Positions 10,236-18,508 of a stretch of 64,000 bases of DNA are shown here, piece by piece. The stretch lies in the NCBI GenBank assembly GCA_049287045.1, contig JBAQFC010000001.1:3309-67308 (forward strand). The letters are read 5' to 3'. A program made the translations under genes and the position numbers. Source of the stretch: Minisyncoccia bacterium (lineage in GTDB: Bacteria; Patescibacteriota; Minisyncoccia; Phycocordibacterales; UBA9973). The notes beneath the pieces are model-generated. The model saw only the letters and a program-made list of their open reading frames with translations, ran no database searches and was not told where the DNA came from. Numbering within the stretch: position 1 is the stretch's first letter; every line of letters starts with the position of its first letter.

Positions 10236-10733
10236 ATGAAAAAAATGAATTTAAAAAGAGGTTTCACATTGATTGAACTTTTGGTTGTGGTCGCTATTAT
10301 TGGTATTCTTTCATCTGTTGTTTTGGCCTCATTGAACTCTGCTAGAATAAAGGGTTCTGATGCAGCTGTTAAAGCAAACTTAGCAAACCTACGTGGACAA
10401 GCTGCTATTTGTTACGATGGTGGTTGTTCGACTGTTACAGCTGGTAATTATGGTGCTGGTGTTACTTGTACCTTTACTGCTGCCGGTGCTATGACTGGCT
10501 GTGCATCAGATCTTTTTGCTGATGAGACATTTAGAAATGGTATGAAAGCTGCTGCGTCTGCTGGAGGTGCTACTGGTGCTAATCCAGTTACTGGCTATAC
10601 TAATGCTGCGGGAGATGCATGGGCTGTTCATTCTCCAGTTAAAAACACAACTGATTTAACTTTTTGTGTGGATAGTGCTGGTGCCGCAAAGAAAAATTCA
10701 ACTGCGCAAGCTCTTACAGGACTTTGTTCTTAA
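10236..10733 (+). CDS. pilA: major type IV pilin (prepilin; cleavage G|FTLIELLVV, Glu at +5)
   Basis: class III signal peptide MKKMNLKRG|FTLIE; Cys-containing C-terminal region. Confidence 0.85.
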   Translation: MKKMNLKRGFTLIELLVVVAIIGILSSVVLASLNSARIKGSDAAVKANLANLRGQAAICYDGGCSTVTAGNYGAGVTCTFTAAGAMTGCASDLFADETFRNGMKAAASAGGATGANPVTGYTNAAGDAWAVHSPVKNTTDLTFCVDSAGAAKKNSTAQALTGLCS

Positions 10734-10758
10734 TCTGAATAAAGTTTTTAACAAAAAA

Positions 10759-10786
10759 CACTCAAACAAAAGTTTGAGTGTTTTTT
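10759..10786 (+). terminator. rho-independent terminator after the pilin gene
   Basis: cactcaaac-aaaa-gtttgagtg plus T6. Confidence 0.6.
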
Positions 10787-10840
10787 GTTTATCTGTATAT
10801 GATATAATAAAAGAAGCTTTATAAATTTTAATTTTTAAAA

Positions 10841-11632
10841 ATGACATTAATACTCACAATTATTTTCTTTGCTTTTGGTCTTATTATTGGAAGTTTCCTA
10901 AACGTAGTAATTTTAAGATACAACACTCGAAGAACTTTAGGCGGTCGTTCTTCTTGTATGGTTTGTCAAAAAGAACTTGCTTGGCACCATCTCATACCTG
11001 TATTTAGTTTTTTGGCACTGAAGGGGAGATGTGCTCATTGTCAGACTAAAATTTCAACTCAATATCCCTTGGTTGAATTTGTGACCGGATTAATATTTGC
11101 CGGTTTATTTTTAAAGTTTCAAGATATTTTTTATGTAAACATATTGGTATTTTCTATTTCTGTCGCTTATTACGCTATGATGTTTTCTCTGTTGGTTGTG
11201 ATTGCGGCTTACGATTTGAGACATAAAATAATTCCAGATATGCTTAGTTTGTTTTTTGGTATATTAGCATTTATTGGAATGTTCTTTTTTTCTAATTACG
11301 GTTTCAATATACATATCCCTTCTGCTTTAGAGTTTTTATCAGGAGTGTTTATTGCCTTACCTTTTGGTTTGCTTTGGCTTTTGTCCAAAGGTACTTGGAT
11401 GGGGCTTGGAGATGCTAAACTTGCGTTGGGATTGGGTTGGCTTTTAGGTCTCTCTCGTGTATTGAGTGGCGTTGTTCTTGCTTTTTGGTCTGGGGCGATA
11501 GTCGGAGTCTTCTTAATTATTTTTTCTAAAAAACATGGAATGAAAAGTGAAATTCCATTTGCTCCATTTTTAGTTTTAGGTATAATCTTAGCTTTTCTTT
11601 TTGAATTACACCTTTTTCCTATTGGTTTTTAA
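10841..11632 (+). CDS. pilD: prepilin peptidase PilD (A24 family)
   Basis: CMVC...CAHC zinc motif plus polytopic membrane domain with conserved Asp region. Confidence 0.85.
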   Translation: MTLILTIIFFAFGLIIGSFLNVVILRYNTRRTLGGRSSCMVCQKELAWHHLIPVFSFLALKGRCAHCQTKISTQYPLVEFVTGLIFAGLFLKFQDIFYVNILVFSISVAYYAMMFSLLVVIAAYDLRHKIIPDMLSLFFGILAFIGMFFFSNYGFNIHIPSALEFLSGVFIALPFGLLWLLSKGTWMGLGDAKLALGLGWLLGLSRVLSGVVLAFWSGAIVGVFLIIFSKKHGMKSEIPFAPFLVLGIILAFLFELHLFPIGF

Positions 11633-11645
11633 AATTTAAATAAAT

Positions 11646-12287
11646 ATGTTTTTGAAAATAAAAAACAAAAAACAGTGGTTTAAACACAAAAAAGGAGGAA
11701 TGACTTATGTTGAACTCATTGTCGTTTTGAGTATTTTTTCTGTTATGTCTACGATTATTCTTACAAACTATGGCGCTTTTCAGGCAAAGGTAGATATTAA
11801 AAACCTGGCGAATGATATTGCTTTAAAAATAGTTGAAGCACAAAAATCCGCTATGTCAGGAAAATATCAAGTTAATGCTCCTGTTGGTTGGAAACCAGCT
11901 TACGGTCTATATTTCAACGCAAGTACTTCTTATACCGCAAGTGGTTTGAAAACTTTTTATTATTTTACTGACCTTGATCAAAATAATGATTATCAAACCG
12001 CCTCAATTTGTCCGAATGGTGGAGAATGTATAGAAAAAATAGACATAACTAAAGGCAATTTTATTAGTAGAATATTTCCTTGCACTGGTGATCCTTGTGT
12101 CCCTGGTGAGTTTTCTGGTAGTACCTTGGCTATTACTTTTAAGAGGCCAGATTCCAGTGCTGTTTTTTATTCAGGTGGTGGGCTTGTTTCCGGTTACGAT
12201 TATATGCAAATGACTGTTTCTTCACCTCATTCTACTGCTACTGCTAAAATAAAAATATATCCTTCAGGTAGAATTCAAATAAATTAA
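11646..12287 (+). CDS. minor pilin / pseudopilin (prepilin-type N-terminus KKGG|MTYVELIV)
   Basis: class III leader, Glu+5, hydrophobic helix. Confidence 0.7.
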   Translation: MFLKIKNKKQWFKHKKGGMTYVELIVVLSIFSVMSTIILTNYGAFQAKVDIKNLANDIALKIVEAQKSAMSGKYQVNAPVGWKPAYGLYFNASTSYTASGLKTFYYFTDLDQNNDYQTASICPNGGECIEKIDITKGNFISRIFPCTGDPCVPGEFSGSTLAITFKRPDSSAVFYSGGGLVSGYDYMQMTVSSPHSTATAKIKIYPSGRIQIN

Positions 12288-12931
12288 TGAAAAAAAATTT
12301 TAAACAAAACAATAAATTTAAGGAGGCCTGCACCGTGAAGCTTCAGCGAAGTGGTGGATTTACAATAGTAGAAACAATGATTTCTGTCTCTCTTTTTTTG
12401 GTTATTGTTATGGCGGGGATGGGTGCATTGTTAAATGCCAATTTGCTTCACAGTAAATCACAAGATATGCGTTCATTGATGGATAGTTTGAGTTTTGTAA
12501 TGGATGATATCTCTAAAAATATAAGAACAGGTTACAATTATCATTGTATTGATGATTTTAATTTTACTACAATAACTGCCGCTAAAAGTTGTCTAATCAA
12601 TGGTAATGGTGGAGGAATCGCTTTTACTTCTTCTAGTGGTCCGACATTTGTGTACTACATATCTTCTGATTTTAAAATTTTTAGGTCAACCCAAGCACCT
12701 TTTGATGTTCTTCCTCCGTCTGTTGGAAATACCTATGTTCAATTAACTCCTAATGAAATAAAAATTGATTCAATTTCAAGCTTTTCAGTGCTTGGTGCAG
12801 AATCTTCAATAGCAGGAAATTTACAACAACCCCTTGTGACTATTAAATTAGTTGGGGCAATAACATCTAAAGGTGTTGTTTCACCTTTTTCAATACAGAC
12901 GTCAGTTTCTCAAAGATTAGTAGATTTATAG
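12287..12931 (+). CDS. minor pilin / pseudopilin (SGG|FTIVETMISV)
   Basis: class III leader, Glu+5. Confidence 0.7.
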   Translation: MKKNFKQNNKFKEACTVKLQRSGGFTIVETMISVSLFLVIVMAGMGALLNANLLHSKSQDMRSLMDSLSFVMDDISKNIRTGYNYHCIDDFNFTTITAAKSCLINGNGGGIAFTSSSGPTFVYYISSDFKIFRSTQAPFDVLPPSVGNTYVQLTPNEIKIDSISSFSVLGAESSIAGNLQQPLVTIKLVGAITSKGVVSPFSIQTSVSQRLVDL

Positions 12932-12937
12932 AATAAA

Positions 12938-13519
12938 ATGAAAAAATTTTTTAAACAAAAGAATAATATAAGTGGTGGTTTTACATTAATAGAAACTCTT
13001 GTTGCTATTTCTATTTTTACTATGTCTATTGTTTCTGTGATGGTTGTTATTTCGGGTGGTATTTCAGACACTAATTATGCTAAAAAGAAAATAGTTGCAG
13101 GATATCTAGCTCAGGAAGGTATTGAGGAAATGCGTAATATGCGAGACACGTCTGTTCTTTATTTTGGAGCAACTGGTCAGATCGGATGGGATAAATTTGT
13201 TACCAATATTGCCTCGTGTCTTACTGTAAATGGATGTTATTTTGATAATAGTGAGATACTTTATTCTAATGACAATATGCCAATAATGCATGTCTCACTC
13301 CCTCCTTGTAACCAAGTTTGTCCATCAATTATGTTTGATGAGACTAGTGGAAAATATGAATATAACCCAGCGGGTGTGGATTCTGGTTTTAATCGTAAAA
13401 TTACTGCAGTTCACTATACTCCAGATGAAATAAAAATTACTTCAACTGTTTCTTGGGTGCAAGGTTCCGGTGTCGCTTCAGTAACTTTTTCAGAAAATTT
13501 ATTTAATTGGACACAATAA
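12938..13519 (+). CDS. minor pilin / pseudopilin (SGG|FTLIETLVAI)
   Basis: class III leader, Glu+5. Confidence 0.7.
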   Translation: MKKFFKQKNNISGGFTLIETLVAISIFTMSIVSVMVVISGGISDTNYAKKKIVAGYLAQEGIEEMRNMRDTSVLYFGATGQIGWDKFVTNIASCLTVNGCYFDNSEILYSNDNMPIMHVSLPPCNQVCPSIMFDETSGKYEYNPAGVDSGFNRKITAVHYTPDEIKITSTVSWVQGSGVASVTFSENLFNWTQ

Positions 13520-14040
13520 TGATTACACAAAAAATAAAAAAAAATATATCTTCTATTGTGAATTTTGAGAAAAATAAGGGTTTTGTTTTGCTTTTTGCTG
13601 TGATGCTTTCGAGTATTGTTTTGGCTATATCATTGGGAGTTGCCAATATTGCATTAAAAGAAATAAATTTTACCACTTCAACCAAAGATACCAACAATGC
13701 TTTCTATGCGGCTGATATTGGGGCTGAATGCGCACTTTTAGGTGATAAGGTAGGTACAAATAAATTTACTCCTGATAATTACTTCGTAACTTGCTTGGGT
13801 GCTGATATTTATTATGTAGTTGGTGATTGGAATACCGGTCCTTGGGATTTTCCAATTTCAGGATTAGGTAGTTCTGGTATAGCTTGTTCTAAAGTTACTG
13901 TAACAAAAACAGATATGGGTGGTGGTTCTACTTTAACTACTATAACTTCAAAAGGTTACAACAATGGTGGCGGTGTGCCAGATTTGTGTACACCAGATTC
14001 AAAAAGTGTGGAACGTGAACTTCAAGTAACTTATTACTAA
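13507..14040 (+). CDS. PilX-like minor pilin (KG|FVLLFAV, no Glu+5)
   Basis: prepilin-like leader plus hydrophobic helix; Cys pair near C-terminus. Confidence 0.5.
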   Translation: MDTIMITQKIKKNISSIVNFEKNKGFVLLFAVMLSSIVLAISLGVANIALKEINFTTSTKDTNNAFYAADIGAECALLGDKVGTNKFTPDNYFVTCLGADIYYVVGDWNTGPWDFPISGLGSSGIACSKVTVTKTDMGGGSTLTTITSKGYNNGGGVPDLCTPDSKSVERELQVTYY

Positions 14041-14041
14041 T

Positions 14042-16111
14042 TTGGTCATGGATAAGAAAGAAATAGAAAAGAGAATAAAAAAATTACGAAGTGAGATTGC
14101 ACGTCTACGCAACGCATACCATATAGAAAATGCACCAAATGTGACCGATGATGTTTACGATTCTTTAACTCGAGAGCTCAAATCCATTCTTTTAAAATAT
14201 CCAGAATTTGCTGATTTAAATTCTTTAGAAAATAGAGTTGCAGGGCGTCCGCTGGATAAATTTGTTAAAGTTGAGCATAGCATACGTATGCTTTCTTTAA
14301 ATGATGTTTTTAGTTATGAAGAACTTGATGGTTGGGAAAAGAGAATAAAAAAACTTCTACCACCTCAAAGGTCGGACCTTATGTATTTTTGCGAAGTAAA
14401 ATTTGATGGTTTGGCTGTGTCTTTGGTTTACGAAAAAGGTATCCTTGTCAAAGGTGCGACTCGTGGGGACGGTCTTGTTGGTGAAGATATAACCCAAAAT
14501 TTAAAAATGATAAAGAGTATACCTATAACTTTGCATTCTCCTTACCCTGAATATATTGAAGTAAGAGGGGAAGCAATCATGTCAAAAAAGACACTTGTTG
14601 ATTTAAATAAAAAAAATGAAAAAGAAGGCAAACCATTATTTGCAAATACTCGTAATGCTGCAGCCGGTTCACTTCGACAACTTGACCCTAAACTAGCCGC
14701 TGAAAGAAATCTAGATTTTTTTGCGTATGATATTGCAGAGGTGAAGTTTGTGGAGCCAAAAAGGTCGGACCTTAAGAATTTAGAAAGGTCCGATCTTGGG
14801 AATCTATTGGCTCCACAAACTCATTCCGAAAAACATTCTCTTTTAAAAAATCTGGGTTTTAAAGTAGACTCCAATGATGCTCTTTGTAAAAATTTAAAAG
14901 AAGTTGAGACTTTTATTAAAAAATTTGAAAAAATTCGTCCCAATTTTTCTTTTGGTACAGATGGGGTGGTTATCTCTGTTGATGATTTAAAGTTACAGGA
15001 AGTTTTAGGAGTTGTTGGTAAAGCTCCACGTTATATGGCTGCTTTTAAATATCCTGCGGTTCGAGCAACAACAACTGTAAAAGATATAAAAATAAATGTT
15101 GGCCGTACTGGGGCACTGACACCACTTGCTATTTTTGAACCAACCCTGGTTGCTGGTTCGACCGTTTCCAAGGCAACCCTGCACAATATGGATCAAATAG
15201 AGCGTCTTGATTTGCGTATAGGAGATACTGTAGTGATAGAAAAAGCTGGAGATGTTATTCCGAAGGTTGTAGAAGTTCTTCATAATATGCGTACAGGCAA
15301 GGAAAAGAAATTCAAAATGCTAGAAAAATGTCCAGCCTGTGGAGGTGCTGTAGAAAAAAGGGCTGGTGGTACCGGCGAGACAGTAGCATATTATTGCACG
15401 AATCCAGAATGTCCGGCAAAAAATGAAAGATATCTAGATCATTTTGTTACTGCTTTTGAGATTTATGAATTAGGTCCTAAAATATTGAGAAGATTTAAAG
15501 ATGAAGGATTAATTACTGACGCGGGAGATATTTTTTCTCTTACAAAAGAAGACATTGCGCCCCTAGAAAGATTTGGTGAAAAGAGCGCAGAGAATATTGT
15601 AAAAGAAATTGAATTAAAAAAGAAAGTTTCATTTTCTCGCTTTTTGTGGGCACTTGGAATACTACACGTAGGTACTGAAACTGCACGAGATTTGGCTTCA
15701 AACTTTGGCACCTTAGATAAATTAATGAAAGCCAATATAGAAGAAATAAATGAAATAGAAAATATTGGTCCAGCTGTTTCAGAAAGTGTTTATGATTATT
15801 TTCATAACAAAAACAATTTGGCTTTTGTTGAAAAATTACAAAAAAATGGAGTAGTGATAAAAAAAGAAGAAAAGAAAAAAGGTGGTAAATTTACTGGAAT
15901 GACTTTTGTAATTACCGGTACTCTCGCAGATATGTCACGTGAGATAGCGAAAGAAAAAATAATTTCTTTAGGGGGCAAAGTTTCAGGTTCAGTTTCCAAG
16001 AATACTTCTTATGTTTTGGCTGGAACTGATCCTGGGTCAAAGTTTAAAAATGCTGAAAAGCTAGGTGTTAAAATAATAGGGGAAGAAGAGTTTCTGGAGT
16101 TGTTAAAATAA
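14042..16111 (+). CDS. ligA: NAD-dependent DNA ligase LigA
   Basis: KxDG adenylation motif (EVKFDGLAVSL); Zn-finger CPACGG...C; HhH and BRCT C-terminus; contains two copies of the AAGGTCGGACCTT palindrome. Confidence 0.9.
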   Translation: MVMDKKEIEKRIKKLRSEIARLRNAYHIENAPNVTDDVYDSLTRELKSILLKYPEFADLNSLENRVAGRPLDKFVKVEHSIRMLSLNDVFSYEELDGWEKRIKKLLPPQRSDLMYFCEVKFDGLAVSLVYEKGILVKGATRGDGLVGEDITQNLKMIKSIPITLHSPYPEYIEVRGEAIMSKKTLVDLNKKNEKEGKPLFANTRNAAAGSLRQLDPKLAAERNLDFFAYDIAEVKFVEPKRSDLKNLERSDLGNLLAPQTHSEKHSLLKNLGFKVDSNDALCKNLKEVETFIKKFEKIRPNFSFGTDGVVISVDDLKLQEVLGVVGKAPRYMAAFKYPAVRATTTVKDIKINVGRTGALTPLAIFEPTLVAGSTVSKATLHNMDQIERLDLRIGDTVVIEKAGDVIPKVVEVLHNMRTGKEKKFKMLEKCPACGGAVEKRAGGTGETVAYYCTNPECPAKNERYLDHFVTAFEIYELGPKILRRFKDEGLITDAGDIFSLTKEDIAPLERFGEKSAENIVKEIELKKKVSFSRFLWALGILHVGTETARDLASNFGTLDKLMKANIEEINEIENIGPAVSESVYDYFHNKNNLAFVEKLQKNGVVIKKEEKKKGGKFTGMTFVITGTLADMSREIAKEKIISLGGKVSGSVSKNTSYVLAGTDPGSKFKNAEKLGVKIIGEEEFLELLK

Positions 16112-16133
16112 TTTGCGGAGGCGGAGAGATTCG
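16111..16133. repeat. 23-nt direct repeat copy 1 (ATTTGCGGAGGCGGAGAGATTCG), identical to the 3' end of tRNA-Ser (copy 2 at 16259-16281)
   Basis: exact 23/23 match read directly. Confidence 0.8.
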
Positions 16134-16258
16134 CCGATACTGCGGCGGGTACTTTTCGACTTCATTTCATGAAGTAACGAAAAGTCTTTCGAATCTCTCT
16201 CAGACATAAAGCAGTTTATGTCCTCGCCTCACAAAAAGAAAAACCCTTTCGGGTTTTC
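16134..16258. other. about 125-nt highly structured element between the two repeat copies (nested stems plus a bidirectional terminator hairpin at 16232-16255)
   Basis: stems gaggcg/cgcctc, gagagattc/gaatctctc, cttttcg/cgaaaag, acttcat/atgaagt, gacataaa/tttatgtc, aaaaccc/gggtttt. Confidence 0.35.
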
Positions 16259-16263
16259 ATTTG

Positions 16264-16348
16264 CGGAGGCGGAGAGATTCGAACTCTCGGTGGGTTGCCC
16301 CACGCAGACTTTCCAGGTCTGTGCACTAGACCACTATGCGACGCCTCC
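16264..16348 (-). tRNA. tRNA-Ser (anticodon GGA), class II with long variable arm
   Basis: manual cloverleaf: acceptor GGAGGCG/CGCCTCC, D-stem GCAT/GTGC, anticodon loop CTGGAAA, variable arm CGTGGGGCAACCCACCG, T-arm GAGAG-TTCGAAT-CTCTC. Confidence 0.85.
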
Positions 16349-16460
16349 GTATACTTCAATCTACATTATTTTTTGTAAATTTACAATCTTTTTAATAAAG
16401 AAATAGCCCTATTCTTGTTTGTTGTTGTGTTTAAGTTTGAATCTGTAGTATAATTTAGTC

Positions 16461-16625
16461 ATGAACAAACATGATAATTATTTTAAAGATTTCATCTCAG
16501 ATGAGCATCGTAGTTTTAGATTTAAGTTAGGTAAATTGTTGGCTTCTTCTTTGTCTGGATTTATTGCTGGGGTTACTTTCGCTTCTATTTTTTGGTTAGT
16601 CGCAATAGTATTTTTAATTAAATAA
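16461..16625 (+). CDS. small hypothetical membrane protein (54 aa), not in the ORF track
   Basis: ATG ORF with one TM helix; TATAAT 6 nt upstream (possible leaderless transcript). Confidence 0.25.
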   Translation: MNKHDNYFKDFISDEHRSFRFKLGKLLASSLSGFIAGVTFASIFWLVAIVFLIK

Positions 16626-16840
16626 TAAAAATTAGACAAAAGTTTATTTTTTATTAGCTGTTTTTAAGTATCCATGCTATGGTTACTGTCTTATCAGTTT
16701 AATAAAATAAATTTATGGATGAAACAGAAGAAGTAGTTGCCCCTGAAGTAGAGGAAGCACCTGAAAACTTGTCAGATGAAACTATTGCAGAAGAAGAAAC
16801 ACCTGCAACAGAAGAGGAGTCAGCTGAATAAGTAAAATAA

Positions 16841-16876
16841 AAATACCCCTGACTTTGGTCAGGGGTATTTTTATTT
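16841..16876. terminator. bidirectional rho-independent terminator (A-run, acccctgac-tttg-gtcaggggt, T-run)
   Basis: perfect 9-bp stem flanked by A and T runs between convergent genes. Confidence 0.6.
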
Positions 16877-18393
16877 TACAGACCTGCTATTTTTTTAATT
16901 TCTTCGAGGTATGTTCGGTTGTTTGAAAGGCGGGGAACTTTATTCTGTCCACCGAGTTTTCCTCTTTTTTTCATCCAGTTATAAAATGTATCTTTAGATA
17001 CTGAGTTAATAATTAGTGGAGCGAGGGCGATATCTTTATATCTTTTTGCATCATAGTCAGAATTAATTGCGCGTAGATTTGAATCAAGAAGTTCACTAAA
17101 TTCCTTCAGTGAACTAGGAGGATTTTCAAATTCAATAACCCATTCATGTCCACCCCGGTTTGAATTGTTCATAAAAATTGGAGCGACTGTATATTCAGAA
17201 ATAGTAGTACCAGTTTGATCACAGGTTTTTTTAATTGCTAAGTCTGTGTTGTGTACCATTACTTCTTCTCCGAAAACGTTAATAAAATGTTTTGTTCGGC
17301 CAGTTATTTTAATACGATGAGGCAAAAGTGTTGTAAAGGAAACCGTATCACCAATTATATAACGCCAGAGACCACTATTAGTAGAAATAACTAATACATA
17401 ATTTTTATCAATTTCTACATCAGACATCGTGTATACTTTAGGATTTTCTAGTTCAAATTCACTCGTCGGAATAAATTCATAAAAAACACCACAATCTGGC
17501 ATTAATAGCATTTCTCCTTCACGTAATGGATCGTCTTGTACTGCAAAAAATCCTTCTGAAGAATTGTATGCTTCCATATAATTCATTTGGGGTGATGGAA
17601 AGAGTTCTTGAAAACTTTTTTTATAAGGCAAAAAGGAAACTGCGCCATGAAAAAAAACTTCTAAATTGGGCCACACTTCAAAAATATTTTTTGCTTTTGT
17701 TTTTTCTAAAACTTTTTTTACCAGTATGGCTGTCCATGTCGGTACACCTGCAATACTTGTAACATTTTGATTTATCGCTTCATTAGCCAGTTTTTCAATT
17801 TTTTCTTCATAATCTTCAAGTAATGCTGTTTTTAAGCTTGGAGTTCTGAGATATTTTCCAAGTGGTGGCATATTTTTCATCATAACAGCTGAGATATCAC
17901 CACAAAAAATATCTGGGTTTTGTTTTATTTTTGTAAAACTTCCGCCAACACAAAGACTTTTTCCTTTGAAGATTTTGGTATTTGGATTATTTTTAATATA
18001 TAGACATACTTCATTTGTGCCGGCTTTGGTGTGGCAGTCTTTTATTGATTCCTTAGAAACAGGGATAAATTTGCTTCGAGCATTTGTTGTGCCGGAAGAT
18101 TTAGAAAACCAAGTTGTTAATCCGGGCCAAAGAACATTTTTTTCTCCCGTCATCATTCTAGATATGAAAGGTTGGAGATCTTCATATAAGTTAATCGGTA
18201 CATTCTTTTGAAAACGCTCCACCGTTTTGATAGAACTATATTTATGTTTTTTGCCCCATTCAGTATTCTTTGATCTTCTTAAAAGACTAAATAACACTTT
18301 TTCCTGTGCTTTTTTAGGGTCCTTTTCTATTCTTTCTATTTCAGCAAGTCTGTATTTTATAGGTAATTTTAATAGAGTGTGGATAAAGTTCAT
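16876..18393 (-). CDS. GH3-family acyl-acid amido synthetase (adenylate-forming enzyme)
   Basis: GH3 motifs SSGTTNARSKFIP (I), YNSSEG (II), YRYIIGDTV (III); start set at Met30 of the track ORF so the upstream palindrome is non-coding (the ORF is open to 18480). Confidence 0.7.
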   Translation of the reverse strand: MNFIHTLLKLPIKYRLAEIERIEKDPKKAQEKVLFSLLRRSKNTEWGKKHKYSSIKTVERFQKNVPINLYEDLQPFISRMMTGEKNVLWPGLTTWFSKSSGTTNARSKFIPVSKESIKDCHTKAGTNEVCLYIKNNPNTKIFKGKSLCVGGSFTKIKQNPDIFCGDISAVMMKNMPPLGKYLRTPSLKTALLEDYEEKIEKLANEAINQNVTSIAGVPTWTAILVKKVLEKTKAKNIFEVWPNLEVFFHGAVSFLPYKKSFQELFPSPQMNYMEAYNSSEGFFAVQDDPLREGEMLLMPDCGVFYEFIPTSEFELENPKVYTMSDVEIDKNYVLVISTNSGLWRYIIGDTVSFTTLLPHRIKITGRTKHFINVFGEEVMVHNTDLAIKKTCDQTGTTISEYTVAPIFMNNSNRGGHEWVIEFENPPSSLKEFSELLDSNLRAINSDYDAKRYKDIALAPLIINSVSKDTFYNWMKKRGKLGGQNKVPRLSNNRTYLEEIKKIAGL

Positions 18394-18404
18394 ATATTTA
18401 TTTT

Positions 18405-18449
18405 CCCCGATACCTGGTTTAGGGTAATCCCCTAAACCAGGTATCGGGG
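18405..18449. promoter_or_regulatory. perfect 20-bp inverted repeat with 5-nt loop (ccccgatacctggtttaggg-taatc-ccctaaaccaggtatcgggg) in the divergent GH3/truB intergenic region
   Basis: read directly; 20/20 complementarity. Confidence 0.5.
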
Positions 18450-18508
18450 AAACGGTCTTTTGCCATATATAGTATACCAAATTGTGCTACAATAATTTCA
18501 TATTAAAT

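Noticed and set aside
16218-16406. 62-aa ORF on the plus strand overlapping the tRNA-Ser gene
   Set aside because: It lies antisense through a well-formed tRNA and the terminator hairpin, so it is most likely a spurious ORF.
16715-16831. 38-aa highly acidic ORF (MDETEEVVAPEVEE...) before the bidirectional terminator
   Set aside because: It is too short and low-complexity to call, and is kept only as an observation.
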